Below, in pieces: positions 46,126 through 55,687 of a stretch of DNA of 63,495 bases (its first letter is position 1; every line of letters begins with the position of its first letter). The stretch spans positions 1 to 63,495 of the IMG/VR virus record IMGVR_UViG_3300049203_000046. One strand, given 5' to 3'. The DNA is from a virus (lineage: Duplodnaviria; Caudoviricetes). The notes under the pieces were generated by a model, which saw only the letters and a list, made by a program, of their open reading frames with translations, made no database searches and was not told the DNA's origin. Position numbers and translations under genes: made by a program.

Positions 46126-46620
46126 TCAAAGAGACGATGCCCAAATCCACAAGGCGTCGATTTCTTCCGATGTCAGGCCGAGCACAACGGCGAGCGACTG
46201 CACCCATGGGTCGGTGCGGACAACCGTGCGCGCATATTCGAACTCGATGCCAGCCAGCGTGCGGTCTGGCTCTGGCAGCGCGTCGATGGCTGCGATCACA
46301 TCATCAAGCAGGCCGGCGCTCAGAAGGCCGAGGCGAAATTGCCGCATGGTCAGGTCAGGAAGCCCAGGCGACGGGTTTAGGGCGGCACTGAGCGCGTCGT
46401 AGGCTTCCTGGTTGAAGATTGCCCACTCCCCCTCAATGAGCGTCATCAGACCAGGGAGAAACGCTTGGCCCGGCCCGTCAGTCTCCACGACGGTGTGGGT
46501 GCTTGGCCTGATATCCGGGGCGCGAAACGGGCTCGTCATGCCGCTATCAGCCATAACCGGCTCGACATCGAGCAGGTGGTGAACAATGCCAGTAGAGCTT
46601 TCCACTACTGCAAACATCAT
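46126..46620 (-). CDS. Tail fibre-associated/assembly protein
   Basis: LTMRQFRLGL..IEFEYA..R.DP..GLT.EEIDALW motif. Follows the fibre genes. Confidence 0.7.
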   Translation of the reverse strand: MMFAVVESSTGIVHHLLDVEPVMADSGMTSPFRAPDIRPSTHTVVETDGPGQAFLPGLMTLIEGEWAIFNQEAYDALSAALNPSPGLPDLTMRQFRLGLLSAGLLDDVIAAIDALPEPDRTLAGIEFEYARTVVRTDPWVQSLAVVLGLTSEEIDALWIWASSL

Positions 46621-48389
46621 GCGGCCTCCATCAAAAGGTCCGTCGCCGAGATCGCGTAGCCGGCTGGTCGGCCATTATCGTTGGCAATGAGAGTGCCGTC
46701 GCCCTTCAGGAAGTAGCGCGTCTTTGGCGTCAAACCAGATCGCTGTTTGTCCAGCCCGCCTCGCAGAGCCACTTCCACGCTTTCCCCGTCGACAATCGAC
46801 GCCTTCGCTACACCGATCCAATCGTCAGCGTTTGTCGTCTCGGTGGGGAAGATGAAATTGAAGGCCGTTAGCGTCGTTGCCGTGCCAGATGTCGGGTTCC
46901 AGTTGCCCAGATCGATGAGAGACCAGCCGGCTTGAAGCTGTTGCGCTCCATTGCCCGCGAGGGCGTTGTAGGTCGGGACAGCGCTGCGGACAAGCACGTC
47001 CTCTTTCGCCGTGAATGTGCTGCCGGAAATCAGCCCCGTTGCAACGTGGAACCGATTGTAATCGTTCGCGTCGACATATGTCATCGCAATATCGCCTGTG
47101 CTCGGGTGCGAATACAGCTCCATGAAGGAGGTGCCATTCGGGTTGACGCCTTCCGACAACCAAGGCGTTTGCGCCGTAAAGGAGATTGTCGTCCCAGATA
47201 CGGTTCCGAGCTGGACCACGTACCCGCCTGCTTCGGCGCTTGAGGCGCCTACTTGCGGCGAATAGACGACCGCGATCTTCCCTGAGCTGGAGTTGTGCAC
47301 GGCAACCGCTTTGGTGCCAGTCGGCATGCGCATAGCGCTCGCACTCACGGAGACGCTGGTATTGAACGTAGTGACGGTTCCAGAGAACGTCACCACGGTC
47401 GCCTGTAGAACAGCGATGGCGGTGGATGGCGTCGTAAAGACCACAACCTTCCCAGAACTCGGCTCGAAAGCGAGCGCCCATCTGACGCCCGATTTCGACT
47501 GCTCCACACCCACGGTGAATGTCGTTCCCGAAACGGTTCCGCAACGGGCTACCGTCGTGCTCGACCCATTGGTGCCAACGGCAATGAACCGGGCGTTCGC
47601 ACCATCGTAAAAGAAGTCGGTCTGAGCAAAGGTCGTTGAGGGTCCGATAATGACAGGGCTTCCGACGCTAAATGTCGTTCCCGAATAAGTGGCGGCAACA
47701 ACCCTACCGTTCGCAGGCTGGGTCTCCGCCAGGTACAGGATGACCCTGCTTCCATGCGTATCGTCATGGAAAATCTTGATGCCCGCCGGCGAAGTGAAAG
47801 TGGCGCTGGTTGCCGTCGCACCCAAGGTAATGGTTGTGCCCGAGATCGTCCCAACCTTGAGACTCACAACCGAAGACGCATTCGGCCATGTCACAATGAT
47901 ACTTGTTCCGGCCGCATTCCAGCACACGTCGCCGTGAGTCAGGGGGTTCGAGTTGCTATCGACGGTAACTGGAGTGCCAAAAGTGATCGTTCCGTTCGAT
48001 ACTGTGCCGACGACGACATAGAGCGTTCGCGGCACCACTTGATCGAGATAGATGATTGCGAGCTTGCCGGATGTAGCGTTGTAAGACGCACCGTAGACGC
48101 GGAAGTCTGTCGACACCGAAAGCTGAGTGTTGTCCGCTCCGAGGGCGGCAAGCGTCTCGGTGCCGGTGACGACCTCAACCTTGCCGTCAGAGCGCAACGC
48201 CACAAACTGGCCGGCGGTGATTGCGCCGGACGCCACGAAGGTCTTATGCAGCTCCGTTGCTTTGGGCAAGTCTGTGGCGATGGTCGCCGCGATAGCGGCG
48301 ACATCTGCGCTCTCGGCCTTCGACTCCAAGTCCTTCACATGTTCCGGCCCCATCAGACCGGCGAGGTTCCGCGTCGCTACGTCCAACAT
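46617..48389 (-). CDS. Tail fibre / receptor-binding protein (beta-propeller-like repeats)
   Basis: Repeated VGTVSGTTI(T/S)F motifs. Confidence 0.75.
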   Translation of the reverse strand: MLDVATRNLAGLMGPEHVKDLESKAESADVAAIAATIATDLPKATELHKTFVASGAITAGQFVALRSDGKVEVVTGTETLAALGADNTQLSVSTDFRVYGASYNATSGKLAIIYLDQVVPRTLYVVVGTVSNGTITFGTPVTVDSNSNPLTHGDVCWNAAGTSIIVTWPNASSVVSLKVGTISGTTITLGATATSATFTSPAGIKIFHDDTHGSRVILYLAETQPANGRVVAATYSGTTFSVGSPVIIGPSTTFAQTDFFYDGANARFIAVGTNGSSTTVARCGTVSGTTFTVGVEQSKSGVRWALAFEPSSGKVVVFTTPSTAIAVLQATVVTFSGTVTTFNTSVSVSASAMRMPTGTKAVAVHNSSSGKIAVVYSPQVGASSAEAGGYVVQLGTVSGTTISFTAQTPWLSEGVNPNGTSFMELYSHPSTGDIAMTYVDANDYNRFHVATGLISGSTFTAKEDVLVRSAVPTYNALAGNGAQQLQAGWSLIDLGNWNPTSGTATTLTAFNFIFPTETTNADDWIGVAKASIVDGESVEVALRGGLDKQRSGLTPKTRYFLKGDGTLIANDNGRPAGYAISATDLLMEAA

Positions 48390-50212
48390 CAGGCGGTCAT
48401 CCTTTGCAGTTCAGTCGCGGACACGGCACGCGGCCAGTAAGTCAGACGAGAGATGCGGCCGTTCAACAAGTTGCCCAAATCCCAAGGATTACAGCCGATT
48501 GACAGACGGGAAGATGTCGGCAATGCGAAAGTCGTATCTTGCCCATAGTCAACGCCGTTAACTGCTAGACGCGCCGCCGATGAGGAATAGCTGATAGCAA
48601 CCTTTGTCCGGGTGCCGGTATTAGATATTCCCGCAACATTCATTCCAACGCCCGCGCCGGACGCAAGATTAACGGGAGTTGGCCCAAGTGTTAAATAGAT
48701 CGAGTTATTGAAAGTCGTGTCACCAAAACCAAAAACAACTTGAGCCACCGCTGTCGACACCGCGATGAACTCAGCATAGAAGGCACCTTCTTTTTGGTTG
48801 AAAAACTCAGTGAAATCAGACCCGCTGATAACCATGCCGTCCGCATTGCGGGCCACGGTGGCAGAAGTGGTCGGGACATAGGGGACCGGAAACGAGGTGG
48901 CCGTGAGCTGAGCACCCCAGACGTGCACATACTCTCCAGACACGTTGTCGGAACCCTGCCCTCGGACATATACTCGATTGACCAGCTGCGTGGCCGTGTC
49001 AGAGCTTATGGTCAGCGAAACCCTGACCCATCCATCCGCCAGTATATCAAGCGAACTGGCCAACAAGATCGCTCCGCCCACCACCATCGAAGGAGTTGCT
49101 CCCCAGGTGATGACTGCCGTTGCTTCAGCATAGGGAGCCACGCGGAAAAAGTTCACAAGACTGGTTGGCGATGTTCCTGCCTTGAGAAAAACTGAGAACG
49201 TGTAGACGGTTGCCGTGGAAACGTTAATCGTCTGGTTGATCAAGCATGTGTTGGGGGCACCACTTGCCGATGAAACCAAGCGGTCCGCCGTCGTTGTCCC
49301 ATCTGGCGCGGCAATCGCATTTGCCGTCACCGTCGCATTGAGCTTTCCCCAAGCTGCATTGTCGAACTCTTGAGATCTCAGCAGCAGGTTCGTATAGGCC
49401 CCATAGAACCCGGTGCCGAGCGCGGTGCCGGCCGAGAAATCAATCACCGGCTCATTGGCGACCGTGGGCACAAGAATGCCTTTGCCGTTCTGGCGATAGC
49501 CTCCTGCGGTCGCACGCGTGAGGTTGCCGGAAAACGGTGCGCCGTTGATGTTTCGAAAGTCGAAGCCCAGCGTCGGAGCAACCGTGGTGACATCGGTCGG
49601 GTCAAGGAAGACAACGCCAACTTTGCCATTAATCGAATATACCGGGCCGGCCGCGATGGACGCCGCCGACGCTGCTGCGGCAGCCGCAGAGAGAGCAGCG
49701 GCCGCAGCGGACGCAGCTGCGTTGGCCTCAGAGACGTCGGCCGCGTCGGCAGAGGCGTCGGCGGCCGAGGCAGAGGCAGCAGCCTCTCCTGCCTTTGTGG
49801 TCGAGATGCCGGCCTGTGTGCTGGCGATGCCCGCTTGCGTCGTGGCGATGCCAGCCTGCGTGGTCGCAGTCCCGGCCTGGGTCGTGGCCACGTCCGCATG
49901 GTCAGCAGCGATGGCCACCTGAATTTCGCAGGCGGTGATGAAGCTCTGGAAGCTTGTCGTGGTGATATCGGTCCAGCCGGCCTCGGGGTCGACGAAGTCG
50001 CCGATCCGAACCTGAAACACGCCTGGTTCGAGAGGGTCTTCACGGAACTGAAATACGTCTGTGCGGTATGCGCCAGTGCTGTCAAAGATGTCGGAAAGCA
50101 AGTCACCGATGGAGCGACCGCCCTTCTCCGCCGCCTCAAGATAGGCGTCGAGGATCGTTTCCCCGTTGGACGAGGATCGGAAGCGGACCTGATCGGTGCG
50201 CGGCTTCGTCAT
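48389..50212 (-). CDS. Tail fibre protein
   Basis: ATTQAG heptad repeats, SINGKVG, TNLLLRS..F..W, YVPTT..VARNAD, lectin-like C-terminus. Confidence 0.8.
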   Translation of the reverse strand: MTKPRTDQVRFRSSSNGETILDAYLEAAEKGGRSIGDLLSDIFDSTGAYRTDVFQFREDPLEPGVFQVRIGDFVDPEAGWTDITTTSFQSFITACEIQVAIAADHADVATTQAGTATTQAGIATTQAGIASTQAGISTTKAGEAAASASAADASADAADVSEANAAASAAAAALSAAAAAASAASIAAGPVYSINGKVGVVFLDPTDVTTVAPTLGFDFRNINGAPFSGNLTRATAGGYRQNGKGILVPTVANEPVIDFSAGTALGTGFYGAYTNLLLRSQEFDNAAWGKLNATVTANAIAAPDGTTTADRLVSSASGAPNTCLINQTINVSTATVYTFSVFLKAGTSPTSLVNFFRVAPYAEATAVITWGATPSMVVGGAILLASSLDILADGWVRVSLTISSDTATQLVNRVYVRGQGSDNVSGEYVHVWGAQLTATSFPVPYVPTTSATVARNADGMVISGSDFTEFFNQKEGAFYAEFIAVSTAVAQVVFGFGDTTFNNSIYLTLGPTPVNLASGAGVGMNVAGISNTGTRTKVAISYSSSAARLAVNGVDYGQDTTFALPTSSRLSIGCNPWDLGNLLNGRISRLTYWPRAVSATELQRMTA

Positions 50213-50553
50213 TCTTGGGCGGCCTCCACTTTTGCTTCATCGCGCATGATCCGCGCCACCTGAGCGCGGGTCAGGATTTCGATGGTCTTCTGCGAGATCA
50301 TCCGCTCGTTGTTGCGGACCTTGATCGAGAGGTCGTCGAGGCGTGCGCCGGTCGCATCGAAGGTCTCGGCGAGCGCGGTTGCGATCTGGACATTCTGCTC
50401 ACGCAGGAACTCGACGTCCTTGCGAAGCTCCTCGATCTCACGGCGCATCCGGTCGAACGGGGCTTCCTCGGTCGTGGCCAAGGCGCGCAGCTGGCGGGCT
50501 TCGCGTGCCGCTTCCTTGGCTGCTTCGCGGGTGGCTTCAGTGGGGTCGGTCAT
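50209..50553 (-). CDS. Coiled-coil hypothetical protein
   Basis: ATGA overlaps with both the portal and fibre genes. Confidence 0.7.
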   Translation of the reverse strand: MTDPTEATREAAKEAAREARQLRALATTEEAPFDRMRREIEELRKDVEFLREQNVQIATALAETFDATGARLDDLSIKVRNNERMISQKTIEILTRAQVARIMRDEAKVEAAQE

Positions 50554-52505
50554 GCTGCTGCCCTTCCTCGTCCTTGCAGGGTGGATTGAGAGACGAGGTT
50601 GCCGCGCTCGACCTGGCGAGCGAGCTGCTCCTGCGGCATGACCGTCGGATTGGAGCCGCGCATGCGCTCCATCATCGAGATCTGCTGCTGCGGAGAGAGG
50701 CCCTTGGCCTGACGTTCCTCGTCTGAAATTCGGAAGCGGTCCAGATCCGAGACCCCCATCGAACGAACCGCTTCCTCGGCCATCTGGCCGATATTGTACT
50801 CCATGTCCAACCCGGTCTGGTGGACCACCTGCATGACGTTGACCCACGTCTCTGGCGAGCGCGTGGGTTCGATGGGGAGGGTGCCGTCGATGACGAGGTA
50901 GTCGATGTTGCCCTGGAGTGCCTGAATGTCGACGTCGATGTACCCATCCTTGGCCATGGCCACGAGCTGGGAGGGCATCTGGTCGTTGACGCGAATGGAT
51001 GCGTCGAATGTGATTGCGTCCTGAATGTTGGAGACCATCATCTCCACCATCGGCCGGATCGTGAGCGCGGACGTGATGCGCGAGGCGACGCCGAGGCGCT
51101 GCGAGCCGAGCTGGGTCAGGCGCGCGATCTCGGTGGCCGAGCGGACGTCGGAAGTCGGGACGCCCTGCTGCGCGTCGGACGCGGCCGACATGCGCTGCTT
51201 GAGGTCCGACAGAGCCATGATGTCCTGCCAGTGGCCACGCGTGACGTCGGGGACGTTGGCGATGAAGACGCCGTCGCCCGGTTTGACGCCCGGCAGAGTG
51301 CGGACGATGCCCCACGGGTTCCGCTCGATCAGGTCGGGGATGTTGACCTGCGTCGGATCGGCGAAGATCAGGTTCGAGAGCGCGGCGCGGACGTTGTCGA
51401 TGCGCGACCGCAGCAGCCAGGTGGCCATGTCATGGAGCGGGAGCAGCAGATCGTACAGGCTCTGGCCATATGTCTTGTGGACGTCATGGTAGAGCGAGCC
51501 GTAGACCATCGGGAACTGCCGGCCGTAAGGCGAGAGCTGGAGCCGGATGATGTATTTCTCGTCGAGCACGGTGGCCACGACCCAGACGAGGCCATAGTTC
51601 GGCAGGCCAAGCTCGTAGCCGGACAGGATGAACCACGCTTCGTCGATGATGTGGCTGTCGCCGACCTTGAACGACGAGGTCGAGGTGCCGCTGAGGTTCT
51701 CGGTGGGGTCGACGGAGAGGCCGCGACCGGCCTGCCAGACGTTGGTGTGCGAGAACCACGAGAAGCGCCCTGCCCCGGTCGGGCATTCGTGGAGCTTCCG
51801 GTATTTGGCCAGCTTCGGGTAGAGGCCGGTGCGCAGCAGCTGAGAGATCGAGGCGGGCGATGACAGAACGACGAAGCTCATGTCGTTCCAGTTGCCCCAC
51901 GGCACGCGCGGGTCGGGGAAGGTCAGGCGCGGGTTGGCGTTGTGGATGATGTTTTGATTGCGTTGGCCATCCCAGGTGATCTTGGTCGGCGCGAAGCCGT
52001 AGCGAGCGGAGTCCAGAAGGAGCTGAGCGAGCCGCGCTTCGCCCCCGGTGCGGCGCATCTGCTGGTGCAGCACGCGCTCAAGGAGCATGGCCGGCTTGCG
52101 CGACTTTGCATTCAAGCCTTCGAGCTGGAACATCGGATTGCGGCCGGCGAGCGCGGCCATCTGGTAGGTGATGACGGTGTCGGTGATCGCGCGGGTGTCG
52201 CCGATCACGGCCTTTTCGCGGAAGTCGGTGCTCGTCGGGTCGACATAAACGTCGTGCGCCTGGTCGGCGGCCTTCCAGCTGTCGTAGCGCTGCGAGATCT
52301 TCGAGTGGGAGACGTCGGCCAGCGCCTTGATGTAGCTGACGAGCTTGGCCTCCTGCTCCTGGTCGAGAGCGTCGGAGATGTCCTCCATGTCGAGGAGAGC
52401 CTGAACAACCCTCGGAGTCTCCGAGAGGTCGAGGACCATCCGGCTCTTGTCGTAGGCGGTCTGTTCCGCAAGCTTGTAATCAGGCTGGGTCATGGTCGGC
52501 AACAT
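50550..52505 (-). CDS. Portal protein
   Basis: About 650 aa, downstream of terminase. SATEIARL..G.QRLG motif of P22-like portals. Confidence 0.8.
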   Translation of the reverse strand: MLPTMTQPDYKLAEQTAYDKSRMVLDLSETPRVVQALLDMEDISDALDQEQEAKLVSYIKALADVSHSKISQRYDSWKAADQAHDVYVDPTSTDFREKAVIGDTRAITDTVITYQMAALAGRNPMFQLEGLNAKSRKPAMLLERVLHQQMRRTGGEARLAQLLLDSARYGFAPTKITWDGQRNQNIIHNANPRLTFPDPRVPWGNWNDMSFVVLSSPASISQLLRTGLYPKLAKYRKLHECPTGAGRFSWFSHTNVWQAGRGLSVDPTENLSGTSTSSFKVGDSHIIDEAWFILSGYELGLPNYGLVWVVATVLDEKYIIRLQLSPYGRQFPMVYGSLYHDVHKTYGQSLYDLLLPLHDMATWLLRSRIDNVRAALSNLIFADPTQVNIPDLIERNPWGIVRTLPGVKPGDGVFIANVPDVTRGHWQDIMALSDLKQRMSAASDAQQGVPTSDVRSATEIARLTQLGSQRLGVASRITSALTIRPMVEMMVSNIQDAITFDASIRVNDQMPSQLVAMAKDGYIDVDIQALQGNIDYLVIDGTLPIEPTRSPETWVNVMQVVHQTGLDMEYNIGQMAEEAVRSMGVSDLDRFRISDEERQAKGLSPQQQISMMERMRGSNPTVMPQEQLARQVERGNLVSQSTLQGRGRAAA

Positions 52506-52589
52506 GAATTGCCGACCATTGTGAGTCGTCCGGTTATAGGGGTTCTTCGCACAGCATCATCGAAACGTAAGCGCCAGTGACCGGCGGGT

Positions 52590-53132
52590 CTAGCTGGAGG
52601 CAGACGCCACGAAGGTTACATCGGGGTCATGCGGCGCGGTGGTAGGAGGATCGATGATGCCGGGAAGGAGCGGCTCGGTCGTCCGCACTTCGGGAGAGAG
52701 GTCGACGGTCATCACCATGGTCGGGCCGCCAGAGAAGACGTCGTGCTGCTTGGCCGCGTCGACCGCCTGGATCGCGGTAGCGCCCATGGCCATGGCCCCC
52801 ATGGCGTAGTCCTCGCCGGATCCGATTGCGAAATATTGGCCAGAGAGGGGGCCGGAGAACCGGCTGTGGCCGGCATAGTAAAAGACGTCGCCGCCCGGCA
52901 GGACGACTAGGGATTGGGCGTCGAGCTTTTCGGTGAAGACGTGGTCGATCCCGTTCTTGTCGATGAGCGAGAAGAGAAGCTCGGAGTTGCCGGGGTGGAT
53001 CGATGAACTGGCCATCATGCCGCCGTTGGCCAAGCGTTTTATCTTGGTTTTGAAGCCCATCGGCCGGCGGTCGCCAGAGTAAGCGCGGCTGTCGGCGGCC
53101 ATGATGCCGTCGCGGTAAGCGATTGTGGTCAT
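52590..53132 (-). CDS. HslV/proteasome-beta-like Ntn protease
   Basis: N-terminal (M)TTIA..AADSR..K, and AIGSG..YAMGAM. Confidence 0.8.
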   Translation of the reverse strand: MTTIAYRDGIMAADSRAYSGDRRPMGFKTKIKRLANGGMMASSSIHPGNSELLFSLIDKNGIDHVFTEKLDAQSLVVLPGGDVFYYAGHSRFSGPLSGQYFAIGSGEDYAMGAMAMGATAIQAVDAAKQHDVFSGGPTMVMTVDLSPEVRTTEPLLPGIIDPPTTAPHDPDVTFVASASS

Positions 53133-53251
53133 CCGCAGACCCCCGTGCACACAGGGATCACTACAGCGCTCTTGAAGAGCCAGCCGGCGAGCGCGCCGAA
53201 AGCGATGGCACCGATTGCTGCAAGGAATGCTTCGATGTGATTACGCATCAT
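53129..53251 (-). CDS. 40-aa membrane peptide (not in the ORF track)
   Basis: MMRNHIEAFLAAIGAIAFGALAGWLFKSAVVIPVCTGVCG. ATGA overlaps at both ends. Confidence 0.55.
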   Translation of the reverse strand: MMRNHIEAFLAAIGAIAFGALAGWLFKSAVVIPVCTGVCG

Positions 53252-54900
53252 TCACCCCATTGTTTGGCGGGCGTTAAGCCCAGCTGGCCTGCGATGGACT
53301 TGCCGTAGACGCCCTCGATCCCCTTGCCGGGGACGAGCGGCGTGAAGCGGTTGAATTGGTCGATGAGCATCTCGGGCGTGATGGAGGTACGCGCGAGTTC
53401 GTGGAGAAGGAGCGACAGGGCGTCGACCTGGTCGTCGAACGCGCCGGACGGGAACTGCTCGATCTCGGTCAGGAAGTCGCCGATCCACGAAACGTCGAGG
53501 TCGGGGTCGTCGCTGTCCTTGTGGGGCAGGAAAACACGGCCGCCTTCGATGAGCGGGAGCACGCTGGCGAGGTGGACGACCTTATCGCCTGGCCAATTGC
53601 GCGCGATGATCGAGAGGCCGGACTCGTTCCTGAGTTCCTGAACCAGGCTTTGGCCAGAAGCTTTGTCCTCGACGACGATGGCGCGCAGATTTCGCGGCCG
53701 CCAGAGGGCGTTGAGCGAGATGAGCTTGGCCTTCAGCTCCGGGAACGGCAGCCGGGCGCGGACCATGCCGAGGACATGGATGTCACCCTTGGCCGTGATG
53801 CCCCCGATGGCCAGAGCAGAGTAGTCATTGACCGTCCGCTCCTTGAAAGCCGTGTCGGCGGCGATCAGGATCGAGTGGTAATAGGTCTTGGAGACGCGGA
53901 AATCCTTGGGGAGCCACTGCCACCAGTGCGATTTGACCATGTTGCCGCCCTCGACGAGCGGCTGCTGCTGGTAAAGCGCGGCGAAATCGCGTTCGGAGCG
54001 GGACTTCTGGCGCAAAAGGTAGGAAACCGGGAAGCGCTCGGGCCAGAGAGCCTTGTATTGCTTGATGCCGGGGGTGTGCGGGTCCGGCGGAAGCTCCGTC
54101 AGGCCCTGATAATAGACGTGCATCCACTCGCCCTCGCCCCATTCCGGCAGCTTGGCCAAGCGCCCGGCCGGATCGTCGGGGTGCCAGCGGGTCAGCGTCA
54201 TGATCTGGATGGGCTGGAGGCCGTCTTCCTCGGGTTCGAGGCGCGACCAGAAGGCCGAGGTGATCTGGTCCCAGACGAATTTGCGCGTTGCGGCGCTGTC
54301 GGCTTCCGAGCGGTTCTTGATCGGGTCGTCGATGATGAGCGCGTTGGCCGGTCGGCCCGAGGTGGTGCCGTCGAGACCGATGGCGTAGTAGGCTCCGCGG
54401 TCGGTGGTCTTCCATTCGTCGGAGGCTTTCTTGTCGGCCGACATCTGGAACTTGGGGAAGATCTTGCGGAACTCGGGCGTGAGCGCGATGGCCTTCGTTT
54501 CGCCGCCGAAGTCCTGCGCCAGCGTGGCGTTATAGGCCGAGACCATCACCTTGCGCTTGGTGTTGCGGCCCATCAGGTAGGCGGCGAAGTTGATCGTGCC
54601 GTAGTGGGTCTTGGCGTGGCGCGGCGGGAAGTTGGTCAGGAGGTTGTAGACCGGCTTCTCGGTCACGGGGTGGATCAGGGTCCGCTTTTCGAGCTTGTCG
54701 AGGAGCCGGATGAAGTCGAGCTGGAACGGCGCGAAGGTCCGCTTGGGGTACATGAAGCGGATGAAGCCCTCGAACGATGACTCCGCCCAGCGGATCGCGC
54801 CGAGCTGCTTGGCCAACGGGTCTTTCGAGGACAGGAGGCGGTACAGCTCCGTGTCGAAATCGTCCGGCAGATCGGGCGGGAGGATGAGCGGGTATGTCAC
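53248..54900 (-). CDS. terL: Terminase large subunit
   Basis: PPRHAKT, IIDDPIK, TRWHPDD, LYQQQP, VEDKASG, FDDQVDA. Confidence 0.95.
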   Translation of the reverse strand: MTYPLILPPDLPDDFDTELYRLLSSKDPLAKQLGAIRWAESSFEGFIRFMYPKRTFAPFQLDFIRLLDKLEKRTLIHPVTEKPVYNLLTNFPPRHAKTHYGTINFAAYLMGRNTKRKVMVSAYNATLAQDFGGETKAIALTPEFRKIFPKFQMSADKKASDEWKTTDRGAYYAIGLDGTTSGRPANALIIDDPIKNRSEADSAATRKFVWDQITSAFWSRLEPEEDGLQPIQIMTLTRWHPDDPAGRLAKLPEWGEGEWMHVYYQGLTELPPDPHTPGIKQYKALWPERFPVSYLLRQKSRSERDFAALYQQQPLVEGGNMVKSHWWQWLPKDFRVSKTYYHSILIAADTAFKERTVNDYSALAIGGITAKGDIHVLGMVRARLPFPELKAKLISLNALWRPRNLRAIVVEDKASGQSLVQELRNESGLSIIARNWPGDKVVHLASVLPLIEGGRVFLPHKDSDDPDLDVSWIGDFLTEIEQFPSGAFDDQVDALSLLLHELARTSITPEMLIDQFNRFTPLVPGKGIEGVYGKSIAGQLGLTPAKQWGE

Positions 54901-55433
54901 TTGCCGCCTCGCAGGGCGTAGACCTCCGCGAGCGACTTGCCGGCGACGCTACGTGATTTCGGTGGGATGCCACCGAATGGGATAAGGCCGGTGAAGGGCG
55001 AGCCTCCGTGCCACGGCGGGGATGGCGGCGCGACGCCGATGGGCGAACCGACCATCATGTCTTCGAAGGGTGATGGGGCGACGACGGTCTTGGCCTTCAG
55101 CTCGTAGAGGTCGTTCATGGCGTTACGCAGCGCGGTCTTGAGGAACTCGTTTTCCTCGCGCAGCTCGTATTCCTTGGCCGATGGCTCGCTGGTGACGACG
55201 GGCGCAGCCGGCGCGTCGAGGTCGTCGGGCATGACCATGAAGGGCTGGACGTCTTCGTGGCGAGAGCCCTCCTCGCAATCGAACCAGTGGATCTGGCCCG
55301 TCGCAGAGAAGACGCCGTATTGGCATTGCGTGACGCCGAACGTGTCCGTGACATCCCGATAGATGTAGAGCTTGCTGCCTGCGCGGTAGATGCGGGGCAT
55401 GGAGAAGGTCGGGTATTCTCCAGCCGCGCTCAT
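54897..55433 (-). CDS. Hypothetical protein
   Basis: Coupled ORF upstream of terL. Confidence 0.65.
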   Translation of the reverse strand: MSAAGEYPTFSMPRIYRAGSKLYIYRDVTDTFGVTQCQYGVFSATGQIHWFDCEEGSRHEDVQPFMVMPDDLDAPAAPVVTSEPSAKEYELREENEFLKTALRNAMNDLYELKAKTVVAPSPFEDMMVGSPIGVAPPSPPWHGGSPFTGLIPFGGIPPKSRSVAGKSLAEVYALRGGK

Positions 55434-55687
55434 TGCAGGGCCGCCTTCTGAAGGATTGCCTGGAGGTAGGCGTCTGCGATCTCACCGCCGAGCTGCTTGT
55501 CGACGAGATGGCGGGACATCACGGCCAGCATGTGCGCGCGGATGGCGTAGCGGCGCTTTTCAGGGGGCACGGCCGACAGATCGAATTGGGCCATGGCCTG
55601 CGCGAAGTCGCGGAGCGAGATCGTGGTGGCGAGGGTCGAGCCGCCCTCGTCAATCGTCTTCTTGTTCCGTCTGTTCAGGACCGACAT
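55430..55687 (-). CDS. Hypothetical protein
   Basis: GAGGT SD. Coupled to the next gene. Confidence 0.6.
   Translation of the reverse strand: MSVLNRRNKKTIDEGGSTLATTISLRDFAQAMAQFDLSAVPPEKRRYAIRAHMLAVMSRHLVDKQLGGEIADAYLQAILQKAALQ

Noticed and set aside
49790-49895. ATTQAG tandem repeat as a DGR or variable locus
   Set aside because: Ordinary coiled-coil heptad repeat of tail fibres. No reverse transcriptase or template repeat seen.
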